From Amphiscolops sp. MND2022 (lineage: Eukaryota), in contig OZ076409.1 in the NCBI GenBank assembly GCA_964187785.1, forward strand, positions 63,242,001-63,306,000: a stretch of 64,000 nucleotides of DNA, written 5' to 3'. Position 1 is the first letter of the stretch. Every line of letters starts with the position of its first letter. The notes beneath the pieces were generated by a model. That model worked only from the letters and a program-made list of their open reading frames with translations, searched no databases and had not been told where the DNA came from. Shown piece by piece: positions 21,331 to 31,660 of this stretch. The position numbers and the translations under genes were made by a program.

Positions 21331-23496
21331 TACTCACTTCTTGCTTCTTTGTGGAAAGTCAAATACAAGGCAAACAAAATTTGGGAGTTTTGACGTACTC
21401 CTTCACTATTAAGCAAATTAAACTATGGGACCACTACGTTCTGGGGCTTGCAGCTCGCAATTGCCTGCTATGTTCTAAGTCGAATGAAGCTGGCTTACAA
21501 ACTACAGTCTCCAGATTACATGTACTGGTGCTAATCACCACTAATCAGAACAGAAATGTTTGCTACCCCACTAACTGGAGATAGTTATCCTACGAGAAGT
21601 TAAAGATGAGTTTTTTTTAAAATTTTTTTTGAAGTACTTTAGAGGTTACTCACACTAAACTACGCTTTACCCAGCCACAGGCTATGCGGTTGGAATGAAC
21701 AGAAAGGTTTTGGCACGCTAACAGAGCTTTATGGAGATTTATTCAAGAAATCTCCTCACTTTATTCTGTGAGCGCACTCTATGTTACTCGCACTGCCCTT
21801 TATGAGGAGAGCACAAGTAGGGTTACTACAAATAGGGAACTCGGGGATAGACCTTGGGGGTGAGTAGGTGCTAGGAGACTAACAAACAAGAGAGTTTTAC
21901 TAATCTGAAGATTACAAGATCAATGGAGACACGGTTCTTCACACTTTCAGATGCTACTGTACTTAATGTACTTTGGCGAGACGCAGCGCGTCCTAAGTCT
22001 AAGTCTCGTGGGAAACTCCTAAATGCGTTCTGATTCTTACACTATGCTTCGCATTCGAAGTATGCGTGGCTACAACTGTCAGTTCGCACTTAGGTGACTC
22101 TGGTGGCTGTTAACAGAGAAAACACGATTTTGGTGTTTTTCGCTTCTACGTCTCGTTGACAATCTTTCCACGAACCCAAGATCTTAGGGTTGAGCTAGCT
22201 CTATACTGACTGCCTCAACAAGACGTGCTATGGGTGCCTGGTGTAGAACTAGGGTCGTTGGAGCACTCACTTGCGACTATACCTACGAAAAATACGTAAT
22301 TTTTCGCAAAATTTCTCAAAATCAACAACTTTTTCGCCAATATGCACGCCTGGAACAGGTGGAAATCACTTCTAGAGCTAGTAGCGACCTGAAAATTTAA
22401 CACGGTATACTACTGTGGCCAAATCGTGGGAAAATCACCATCGATTGCGCTAAAATTAATTGCACGTGACTTGGGGTCGTTCAACAATGTTATTGCAAAA
22501 TTTTACAATGTTGTGAAATTCACACAAGTCTGTCAAACTCGCCTTCTAGGCTTCCTAGCTACCTGAAATTTTGTATGCGAGCGTGAATTATGCCCACGTA
22601 ACAGAAAAATAAGTTAGCAGGGTGCCCAGGTCAATATTCCGCAATCCGAGTCGACAAAACTATGATGTACCCTGTATGTCACTTTCAGGGGTTAAAATTC
22701 ACAAAATTGTCAATTTCTCTAAGTTGGGCAGTAGCAAGCTGCTCAAAATGCACAAATCGTCGGGATCGAGTGCCGTATGCACGAAAATGCAAGAATTTTA
22801 GTGCTGGGATACCTGCAAGGTATTGCACTATGCTCAACTATAATTCAATTTTTTCGACAATTCCATACGGTTTTTGAGCAAAATTGCGGCTAAGATTTCT
22901 CAATCACTAGTAATGGTAGCGCTACGAAAATTACACCACTAACGTAACTTTTTGCGGTCTACACGATGGTGCAATCCGTTTTGGGCTACTCCTGCTAGGA
23001 GAGATTTCGACCTGTCTTGGGTACACTACTCCAGTGTTCCGAAAATGTCGCAAAAATAACACGTTTTTGGCTATTTCTCGGCAACTACTGGTTGGAATCA
23101 CTCGCGGTTTTCTGCGTTTGCAACGTTATGCTTTATACTAACAGAAAATAGGCAAGCGAAACCTGGCAGGTTCCAAATAATGTCTCTCAAAATAAACTTC
23201 AAGTTACACCTTTGACACTCTGGGAACAATGTGAAAAGTACGTATTTTCCCTAGGAACTTTTTATTTCTTGGTTCCCAGATGTTCGGGATAGTTCTAAAC
23301 GTAACGTAATAAGGTGTAATAACTTTATTCACGGGACTGGGGTTGTTTCAATTATTAGTTTTGATGTTATAACTCTCAGGTCTATGGGGTCCTCTAGTCA
23401 TGTCTATGTATAACAAAAGAAAGTAAAGGGTTAAACTATCAATTTATATTGGGGAAGGGTGAAAAACGTCTTGGCAGTAGTGTTTTGTACCACCAA

Positions 23497-24105
23497 GCTC
23501 GGGAACAATGTTTTTGAGCAGCTCTGAAAGCTTTGGAACAAACGCTCAAGGCTTCGCCCTCACCACATTTGGTCTGTTAGGCCAATTTTGGGTCTTCACA
23601 AACAAAAATCGCTAATTTTTTTGTTTTCAAGTAAATTAGCGGGTTAAAAAATTTTGTTCCTAGCCTGATAGGTCTAGTGGAACGTTTTTATTGTATTGCC
23701 ACTGGCCGTACCCTCTTCTGAAAAATTTTGGCTTTTGTAACTAATGATGACCGATAAATGGCTATTGTATTAAAATGAAAATTGGCTGGTAACTTATTCA
23801 ATATTTCGTTGGAGGGCCTCAAAAAACTGTTTGACGATAACGTTTTCTGATATCTGGCTCGGGAAAAAGAATTTTAGGTGGCTCGCAATGCTCTGAGAAA
23901 AGCGAACAGGGCTTCGCCCTCACCAAATTTTGTCTCAAAGTCCAAATTTGACGATTTCAAACAAAAATCGCCAAATTTTTTGATGTTTTTGGTAATTTAG
24001 CTAAACAAATCGTTCTGTTCCTGACCTGACAGGTCTGATAGAACGTTTTTATCGCATTCCCACTGGCCGTACCCTCTTCTGAAAAATTTTGACTTTTGAA
24101 AGTGA
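23497..24105. repeat. Diverged direct duplication (period 360 bp, ~250 bp alignable) inside the retrotransposon leader
   Basis: Shared blocks GGCTTCGCCCTCACCA, AAACAAAAATCGC and CACTGGCCGTACCCTCTTCTGAAAAATTTTG at a 360-bp offset. Confidence 0.85.
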
Positions 24106-24683
24106 CAATGTCAAGAATCGAGCTATATCAGGTGTTATGGCTAACTCGCTACAATTTTTCAGAAAACGATCGGACTACCCAGTGGGTATTTTTCTCAGTT
24201 CTTACTAATGAGGGTACGCCTGGGAATGGGCTTTTAAGGCCACAAAAACAAAAGGGGACAAAGTAACCTAGCCGATTTGGTGCAATCAAGTGGGTGAGGG
24301 GAGTGGTGTTGAACAGTTCGTCTCCACTTCATCTACGCTGATGGGGTCAGGACTGTTACTCTGCGTGTTCCCCGTCCCAATGCATTGCAAATAGACTGAA
24401 ATAGAGCTACAAAACCCTTTAAGACAAAATCCGGTTAAGCCGGATGGTTAATCTCGGTAAATTGAAACGGTGTTGAAACGGTACTCTGTCCAAAATCGGT
24501 TATTTCACCTTCCAGACCCCGGAAACACGCAGGAAACGCAGGAAAAACACTAACACAAGGCCCACAGGGCTAGAATAAGGCAATAAAAACAATCTAGGAC
24601 TCTCCAACAAGTTTTCCTAGATCCGGACCTAGCAGGGCCGGAAAGCAGGAAAAACTCCAATTATGGCGAAAAGATGGAAAAAA

Positions 24684-24701
24684 GTCCCTTGTGGGGCGCC
24701 A
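24684..24701 (-). promoter_or_regulatory. Primer-binding site, tRNA-Lys(UUU)-like (TGGCGCCCCACAAGGGAC)
   Basis: 15/18 identity to the tRNA-Lys3 PBS TGGCGCCCGAACAGGGAC as I recall it; 16 nt inside the 5' LTR end. Confidence 0.75.
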
Positions 24702-24717
24702 TAAAAACTATCCTAGA

Positions 24718-25429
24718 TGTAACGTCAAGCTAACAGCTACATTCCAGAACCGGGACAATGCCCAGGTTGCCTTAACAAGAGACCAGTGTCTTACAACAAC
24801 CTAAACATTAGTTTTTGGTCCCAAATGGTCTCTGTAGGGACTTTTCCAAGACGCCGAGGAGACTCCTCATATTAGAGCTCCGTGGCGACGTGCCGGCACA
24901 CTCAAAGTCCGGACACGTCCCACAAGCACGTAAAAACGGTCCTAAAGGCTTCCTGCGATCCTACATACCTCCGAGGTCTGAAAACAGGGGTTTAGTCAGA
25001 GCACATCTCAATTAAGTGAATAACGTCTAAAATCAACACCTTCCAGGTTTACCATTAACAAACACCTGAAAATCTGCCAAAATACTACAAAACAGCACTG
25101 GGGAGGCATTCTGAACAGTTCTCAGCGAGTTTTGAGCTTTGGGTTCAACTCACGCAAAAATCGCACCTTCTTCTTCATCTCTTTTCCGGCTCATTCTTGC
25201 GATTTTCCGGTTTTGATGGCACAACACTGGGGTATTGGCTAGTTTCTGCTTCTGAATATCTTCTTTCGCTGCTTTTCGGTCTTCTCTGTGGTCTGGGGGG
25301 TCTTTTTTTGCATTGTGTGTGCTTCCTTTTCGATTTCAACGACCTGCTAGGTCGGCCATTTTGATTCGCACACTTTTTGGGTATTCTTCGAATTTTTGAA
25401 ATTTTTGACCTTGACTGGTGGACGTTACA
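24718..25429 (-). repeat. 5' LTR (712 bp)
   Basis: Direct repeat of 10040-10751. Confidence 0.97.
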
Positions 25430-25629
25430 TTTAAAGCAAAATGCATATTTTTTGTCAATCGTTTCAGGTGGCAAAAGATGCTATTCCTCCACTGTCTGAC
25501 TTTCGTTCATCAAAAGTAATGCCTCCGCTTTTGTATTTTTCTTCGTTTTCTTCTCGTAGGGATTTTTTGTTTCATTAGTTCAATTGTTTTCTTCTTTCCC
25601 AGTATTTTTTTCATTTTGGCCCGTAGTTT

Positions 25630-26189
25630 CAGTCGGTGCTTCATGAAGTGAAAAGCGACTATACTAGTGACTTTTTTCAATTCACACAAACTGGCCAAAA
25701 TAGTTCTATGAAATTTTACGAAACTTTAATGTGCCAATATGGACCATTTGGCTCAAGGAACTGAAATATAAAAGTTATTACTTTTTTCAGCGTAACATAC
25801 AATACCGAGCGAGACAAAAGGGTCCCCCTTTCAATTTTCTCCGGCATTGAGATTTTTTTTCGAAAAAATAATTTTCTCCAAAGGGTCCCCCTTCTCATTT
25901 TCTAAATGTTGAAAATCCTAAAGGGTTCACCATTTCAGTTTTCTTCCGCCTTGTGAGACTTCTAAAGAAATTTTTCTCAAAGCGTCCCCCTTCAATTTGT
26001 TTGATATTTTGCGACACAATGGATGTAGAAAATCCGAAAGGGTCTCCCAGGCGTGCCAATTCGGTCCAACTTTTGGGATTTTGGGTACTGTTAAAAAGTT
26101 TTGGGTTTTTCGAGTCCTTGACACTCTGAAGTCTTTTTGCTATTTTTGAACTTCAGATATGACGCCAACTTATGCCGTTCCCGGCTTGT
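25630..26189 (+). mobile_element. HINE-like dispersed repeat
   Basis: 5' AGTCGGTGC..GCGACT hairpin/subTIR; 3' GACGCCAACTT-AT-GCCGTTCCCGGC-TTGT. Confidence 0.7.
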
Positions 26190-26424
26190 GTAACGGTAAT
26201 TGCGGTCATACAATTAGCTATCAATAGTTTTCCGCTGATATCGTGTCGAAGTTGCATTCTATTTTCATTCAATTTTTTTCTCCAGAAATCTTTTATTGTT
26301 TTGTTTTCTCTGCTTTGTCCAGAAGAAGTCATTTTTAGTAAGTAATACTCGTTGAGCAGCTTGATCAGGTCGTTTATACCAATTATATCCCATTGTATTA
26401 TATCCGTTCTTTTTAGTTCGTATA

Positions 26425-27749
26425 CAGGGTGATCAAAAATTTTCTAAACATTGGAAGGCATTTCCATACAAAGAAAAGAATCTTAACAATTGATTTGTTG
26501 ATGAAAGGAAATGGAAACAATGGACATTTCGTTTTATATGCTTACAATAAACAAAAATGAACCGAAAGTGTATTTTTTACCGCTAAACCTAACGCAACAT
26601 GTTTTTCAACCTGAAAATATTCATTAACAGCCAATTTGCTCCACACATGGTTTTCACTTATTTTGAATTGAAAGTTTTGCCATCAGTAGTTTGTCGGCAG
26701 TTTTCTAAAGACTTTGCGATTAGCGGACGAAAAAAAAATGGGACTACCTTTTGTCATTTTCACGATGTCTGGAAAACGATTCCAACAAAATCTAATAAAA
26801 CTTTCGAAACGTGGTCCCAAAGTGGCCAAAAGGACTCATTCAGTCCCTGAAGTTCAGTCATTCTTTCATGAAAACCCTTCTGTGTCCTTGGCTTCTTCCA
26901 TCCACAAGGTTTCATCTCAAGTATAGCACCCTCCAGCTTATTATAAACAAAGACATTGGTTTGAAGCCGTACAAACCAAGAAAAGTCCAAAAATTGTCCT
27001 TTGAAAATATTCCGAAGAGAGAAACCTTTTGTCATTGGTTCTTTGGACATGGAATGAGAATTGCTGATTCCGTGCTGTTCAGGATGAAAAATGGTTGTAC
27101 TTTAGTCTAGAACCCAGCCCTCAAAATAACCAGACTTGGGCTCTTGAGCGACCCGACACAGTTATACGTTGTAAATTTCAAGGAAAACACAAAGCCATGT
27201 GCTGGGTTGGTATTTTCAAAAAAACTCTTTGAACCCTCTTGGTTTGTGGACTGGAAGAATCGACCAGTTACTGATAACCATGAAGTTTACCAGAAAATGT
27301 TAAAAGATTTCTTAGTTCCAAAGCTGAAAAATTAAAGTTGTTTTGGAAGAATGTGGTTCCGACAAGACGGTAATTAGCCGCAGATCAGGTGTTCCATGGC
27401 CAGCGCAAAGCCCGGATTTAAATCCACTCGACTATTGGTTCCGGGGACATGCTTCTTTTATCGTGTCCAAAAAATCTCCTATTTGTATGGGCCATATAAT
27501 GTGTGCAGTTGAACATATTTGTACGGATATCAATATTCGTCAAATAAAAGAGTCATCGAAAATCTATATTCCAGGTTACTGGCATGCACTACCTCAAAAG
27601 GTGACTATTCCCAGCTGAAACTGAAATAACTCATGGTTATTAGAAATGTCCTCTGTATATCTCTTTGCATACAAAAAATCAATACTGTACTTACAATACC
27701 TTAAAATGTATAGATCTTCAAAGTTTAGAAAAGATTTTTGATCACCCTG
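26425..27749 (+). mobile_element. Tc1/mariner DNA transposon (1325 bp)
   Basis: TIRs CAGGGTGATCAAAAAT-TTTCTAAAC / GTTTAGAAAAGATTTTTGATCACCCTG; TA on both sides. Confidence 0.93.
26598..27629 (+). pseudogene. Frameshifted DDD-type transposase (maT/rosa-like)
   Basis: DEKW, WFRQDG and WPAQSPDLNPLDYW motifs in different frames; apparent deletion after QDG. Confidence 0.8.
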
Positions 27750-28048
27750 TAATGCTTCTGGCCCGATATCCAACTTGAAATTTTTTGAAGCTTTTTTTGG
27801 CCCATCTGGTATATGTCATTTCTGTTCCTTTTGTTACCCAAAAGAGTGTTTTCCATGTTTTACTCTCTCTTTATAACTTGCCGAAATCACTCTAACCATT
27901 GTCTTGGTGTAAATACCGGTTTTTCGTCTGATGCTTAGCTTCTAAATTTGGTACATTCAGTTTTTCTGCCATCTTTGGTTGATTCGTTTGTTCCTGTAGG
28001 TATTAGTAATGGAAAATTATTACTATGGAAAATAATAATCCTTAGTAA

Positions 28049-28066
28049 ATCCGGCTGATTGCGCCA
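28049..28066 (-). promoter_or_regulatory. PBS of the decayed LTR element (TGGCGCAATCAGCCGGAT, tRNA-Ser-like)
   Basis: Directly follows ...ATAACA (LTR end) on the minus strand; resembles TGGCGTAGTCGGCAGGAT. Confidence 0.55.
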
Positions 28067-28080
28067 TGTTATATTCTAAG

Positions 28081-28799
28081 GATTACCAGAAATTTCGTCG
28101 TCGGAAATTTCGTCGTCGGAAATTTCGTCGTCGGAAATTTCGTCGTCAGAAATTTCGTTGCCAGAAATTTCGTCGTCGGAAATTTAGTCGTCGGAAATTT
28201 CGTCGTCAGAAATTTCGTCGTCGGAACTTACGCTCTATAAAACGTTGCATTTTATCTAAGCTATTAGGAATTGTCTAATGGTATTGATGTCTTAAAATTT
28301 ATCGAGTCTTGATAATTATCTAAATAATTATCGGTAATTGTGTAATTATTGCTAATATTGACTTTTAGTAATGGTTTTAACCGAAAAAGTTTCGGACCAT
28401 GTTCCTTATTCCTCCCACCCCAGATAAACAATGTTTCTAAGATTGAAATTGGGTGGCAATATTCATTTATCTGAGACGCATTTGATAATTTAAGTGTGGG
28501 GTGAAATGAATGTGGGGTGAAATGATATGGGGTGAAATGATATGGGGTGAAATGATATGGGGTGGAATGATATGGGGTGAAATGATCGTGGGGTGAAATG
28601 ATACTAAACCGTTAAGATCTCTTATTTTAATAATTAAATAATTGAATAATTCAAATATGCCCTTTTCGCGAACGCTGTTAATTTTTATCAATACGACGAA
28701 ATTTCCGACGACGAAATTTCTGACGACGAAATTTCTGTATTTGCTAATACGACGAAATTTCTGACGACGAAATTTCTGACGACGAAATTTCCGCCTTAC
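28081..28799 (+). mobile_element. Foldback MITE with 15-bp GAAATTTCGTCGTCG arrays and 8-bp TSD
   Basis: About 9 units on the left, inverted units at 28693-28792; TSD ATTCTAAG at 28073-28080 and 28800-28807. Confidence 0.88.
28496..28610. repeat. Seven ~15-bp TGGGGTGAAATGATA units; orphan arm of another foldback family nested in 28081-28799
   Basis: Tandem array ending ATACTAAACC; no matching inverted arm found. Confidence 0.7.
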
Positions 28800-29730
28800 A
28801 TTCTAAGTTATGTACTAAGAAAAGATCTTCTTATACTAAGGATAAGCCTTTTGTTACAACGGTTTTTTCAATACGGTCAAACCGTATAATTGTAAAGAAA
28901 CCCAGGGCTCTTTTAGCTTCCGATTATTTGTTTAAGTTTGAATGACTCAGAAAAAGAACCCTTTTGGAGAAGAACCACTCTTTGAGAAACTCTCACTATT
29001 AAAACCTCAGAGCAGGACCTTCTTTTCTCTTCAAGTTTGGAAAGATGCCTAATTAAATAAACTGACGTAAAAATTCTAAGAAACTCACTGTAAAAAATAT
29101 GCACTATTTTGAATAAAATCTCTGCAAAAGTAGACCTCTCAATATGACGTCTAATACCTTTAGAAAAAACTATTCCTCTTAGAAAACGCCGAAAAAAAAC
29201 AATAGTTTTAATGCTAGGACGTCAAGCTGCACTAAACTTGCTTAGTCCAAAATGAGCTAAGAAACCTAAAAGACCAGCCAGAAGGCAAAGAACAAACGGC
29301 AACTTTTTTTTCTTCCTGATGAAAACTAGGTGTTTGTATATATCATGAACATGACGATCTTTATGGAATTACAATCACAATAGTCATTTTATCACCTTTC
29401 GCCAGTTCTGAAAAAATTGAAAAGGCGAAATTTCATAAAGTGACCTTCATAGTTATCATTCGACTTAATTCGGTTGTGGCAAAATTTGTTTGAAAAAGAA
29501 CACAGATGTTATTTTTCTATCCTTAGCTACTGCCTTTGCCATACAAATTAGTGTCAAGAGGGGGAAAAATATGATGACAAAAGTGATAAATTATGAGTTG
29601 TCGCCAGCTTGTGTTTTTTGTGCTCATGAGAAACTTTAGTGCTTGAATTCTATTGCTTCCGAAACTTTTTTTAAAATTCAAATGATAAAATCAACATTAC
29701 AGTGCACAGGCAAGCTATTTTGCTGTTTTC

Positions 29731-29843
29731 GTGGAATCCGGGACACGAAAATTGAGAAAAGTCGTGGAACCCAGGACAAAATTTCTCTTTGATGTTAAGC
29801 GTGTCTTGGATTCCACGACAGTGCTTGTCCTGGATTCCACGCC
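29731..29843. repeat. Short inverted-repeat element (2x CGTGGAAYCCRGGACA / 2x TGTCYTGGATTCCACG)
   Basis: Directly visible. Confidence 0.6.
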
Positions 29844-29911
29844 AATACTGCTGCTATAATGACACTAGTGCCGCTGCTCTCCGATTGGTCCGCTGATTTT
29901 GAGTAATCATT

Positions 29912-30267
29912 TTAAATTAATTCAATTTTATATCAAAGGAAACTGTTTTGATCGACACGAAAAATCCAAGAAGTACGAATAGGGATACTCGTGACTGGTA
30001 CCAAAAATGAAGCATGTCATTAAAAAATGGGAGATTGTGATGATCTGGCAGTTTGTTCAAAACTGGTACTAAACTGGAAAACACAAATATTTGTGTTATT
30101 TAATATTCATTTCGCATGATCATTATTAGAAAGGCAGAAGAACTTAAATTAATTCAAGTTTATATCAAAGGAAATTGTTTTGATTGACACGAAAAGTCCC
30201 AAAGTACGAATAGAGATACTCATGACTGGTACCAAAATTAAAGCATGTCATCAAATAATGGCAGATT
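29912..30267. repeat. Diverged ~125-bp direct duplication, offset ~232 bp
   Basis: TTAAATTAATTCAA..TATATCAAAGGAAA..GACTGGTACCAAAA..AAGCATGTCAT occurs twice. Confidence 0.8.
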
Positions 30268-30409
30268 CTGTTGAACATCGGGAAGCTTTTTAAAAAAAAA
30301 ATTTGGAACGCTATTTCCATTGATTTTTATTCGTTACAAGCAGTATGTCACTAAAGAATTTTAGATTTTTCTGTTCAACTTTTGACTTATGAATGTTGTC
30401 TACGGCATT

Positions 30410-31660
30410 GAAATCGTTTTGGAAAAATTGCATCATCTTAATTTCGGTGAAAAGGCCATCAAAATGAATAAAAGTTTTTTGACTGAAAGATACCAAATGG
30501 TTAAATTATCCACATGTAGCTCATATTGGATTCAACTAAACCAAGGTGTTCCACAAGGGACAGTTCTCGGACCACTTCTCTTCAACATCTATGTTGATGA
30601 CATGCAACAATCTGTCATGGAAAATTGTAATTTAATCCAATATGCTGATAATACTATGATCTCTAGTTCACATAACGATTTGACGGCAGCTCGCAATAAT
30701 TTAAAGCAAACAATAGAAAGACTTTTTTCGAGAGTCACCAATTAACAATCAATGCGAACAAAATAGAATTTATTTGTTTTTGTAAACCAAACAAAAACCA
30801 TTTCGCCGGAAGTCATACCATTAAGGTTAAAAATCGAATTATCAATACATCAACAACTGTGAAATATTTAGGTGTTTATCTGGATCAGAATTTGGATTTT
30901 CAAGATGAAGTGAAAAACATCCTCCGGAAAATGGCTACCGGCATCAAAACATTATTTGTTATACGCGATATTTCTCCAACTGCAACACGATTACTATTAC
31001 TCAATACCTTAGTTTTAAGTCACCTACATTATTCTGCTATCCTATTAACTGGTATCAGTGAAAACTTGATTACAACTCTCGAAAAACAACTGAATTGGGG
31101 AATTAAAGCTTGTTTCAATAGATCTAAATTTGACCATTGAACAGATCTCAAAATTCGACATAAATTTCTTCCTGTTCGATTTTTTTAGATTACAAATGCC
31201 TTTCATACCTTTGGAAATATAAAAACTGCCTAATTCCAGCTTTTAATAGAAAACTACACTTGCCGACTGCTAAGACAAAAATTCATAAAAGAACACAAAT
31301 TGAATACTCAGATATGACGATAAGGTCTAACTTTCTACGCAAATGTTTCTTCAAAAGAACATTACCCTTGTGGAGCACTCTACCAAGAAAAATGATAGTG
31401 AAAATTTTAAACGAAATAGTGAAAAAAAGAATCAAATCTTTTTTTCAAAGACACGAAAATGAAATGGACCGATCACAATATGGAATAAAATGTTGAAGTG
31501 TTTACCGTTTTACATAATTCGTCCCCATAATCACCCCCTTTTTACCCTTCAATTACGTTTTTTATCAATTATGTTGTATACACTGCCTCTTGAAATTGGA
31601 ATGCATTTTTATACTATTTTAAGTAGGAAATACAGTGTTTTTTTGCATTCATAAATATTG
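30410..31660 (+). mobile_element. 5'-truncated non-LTR retrotransposon relic (CR1/L2/Crack group RT and C-terminus)
   Basis: SFLTERYQMV, GVPQGTVLGPLLFNIY, QYADNT (YADD mutated), KYLGVYLD, LSHLHY; several frameshifts. Confidence 0.88.

Larger units (their letters stand above)
10040..25429 (-). mobile_element. Full-length Ty3/Gypsy LTR retrotransposon, 15,390 bp
   Basis: Two 712-bp TG...CA LTRs, PBS, PPT and an uninterrupted Gag-PR-RT-RH-IN ORF in Gypsy order; flanks TATTT / TTTAA. Confidence 0.98.
26195..27972 (-). pseudogene. Decayed LTR-retrotransposon gag, split by a Tc1/mariner insertion
   Basis: Minus-strand fragments FTPRQWLE, GPEAL|YELKR (joined across the TA insertion site), LIKLLNEYY, DFFWTKQ, DFWRK, ECNFDTISA, CMTAIT with stops and frameshifts; lies downstream of a PBS. 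Confidence 0.6.
28067..29345 (-). repeat. Probable 5' LTR of the decayed element, interrupted by foldback 28081-28799; distal end uncertain
   Basis: Starts TGTTATAT next to the PBS; imperfect inverted end ATATATCA at 29338-29345. Confidence 0.35.

Noticed and set aside
20744..21412. 222-aa antisense ORF over the gag N-terminus, and other + strand ORFs in 13271-20096
   Set aside because: Shadows of the gag-pol frame with no recognisable motifs.
28066..28278. ORF with KFRRR repeats, and the IISPH-repeat ORF at 28467-28691
   Set aside because: Translations of 15-bp foldback arrays.
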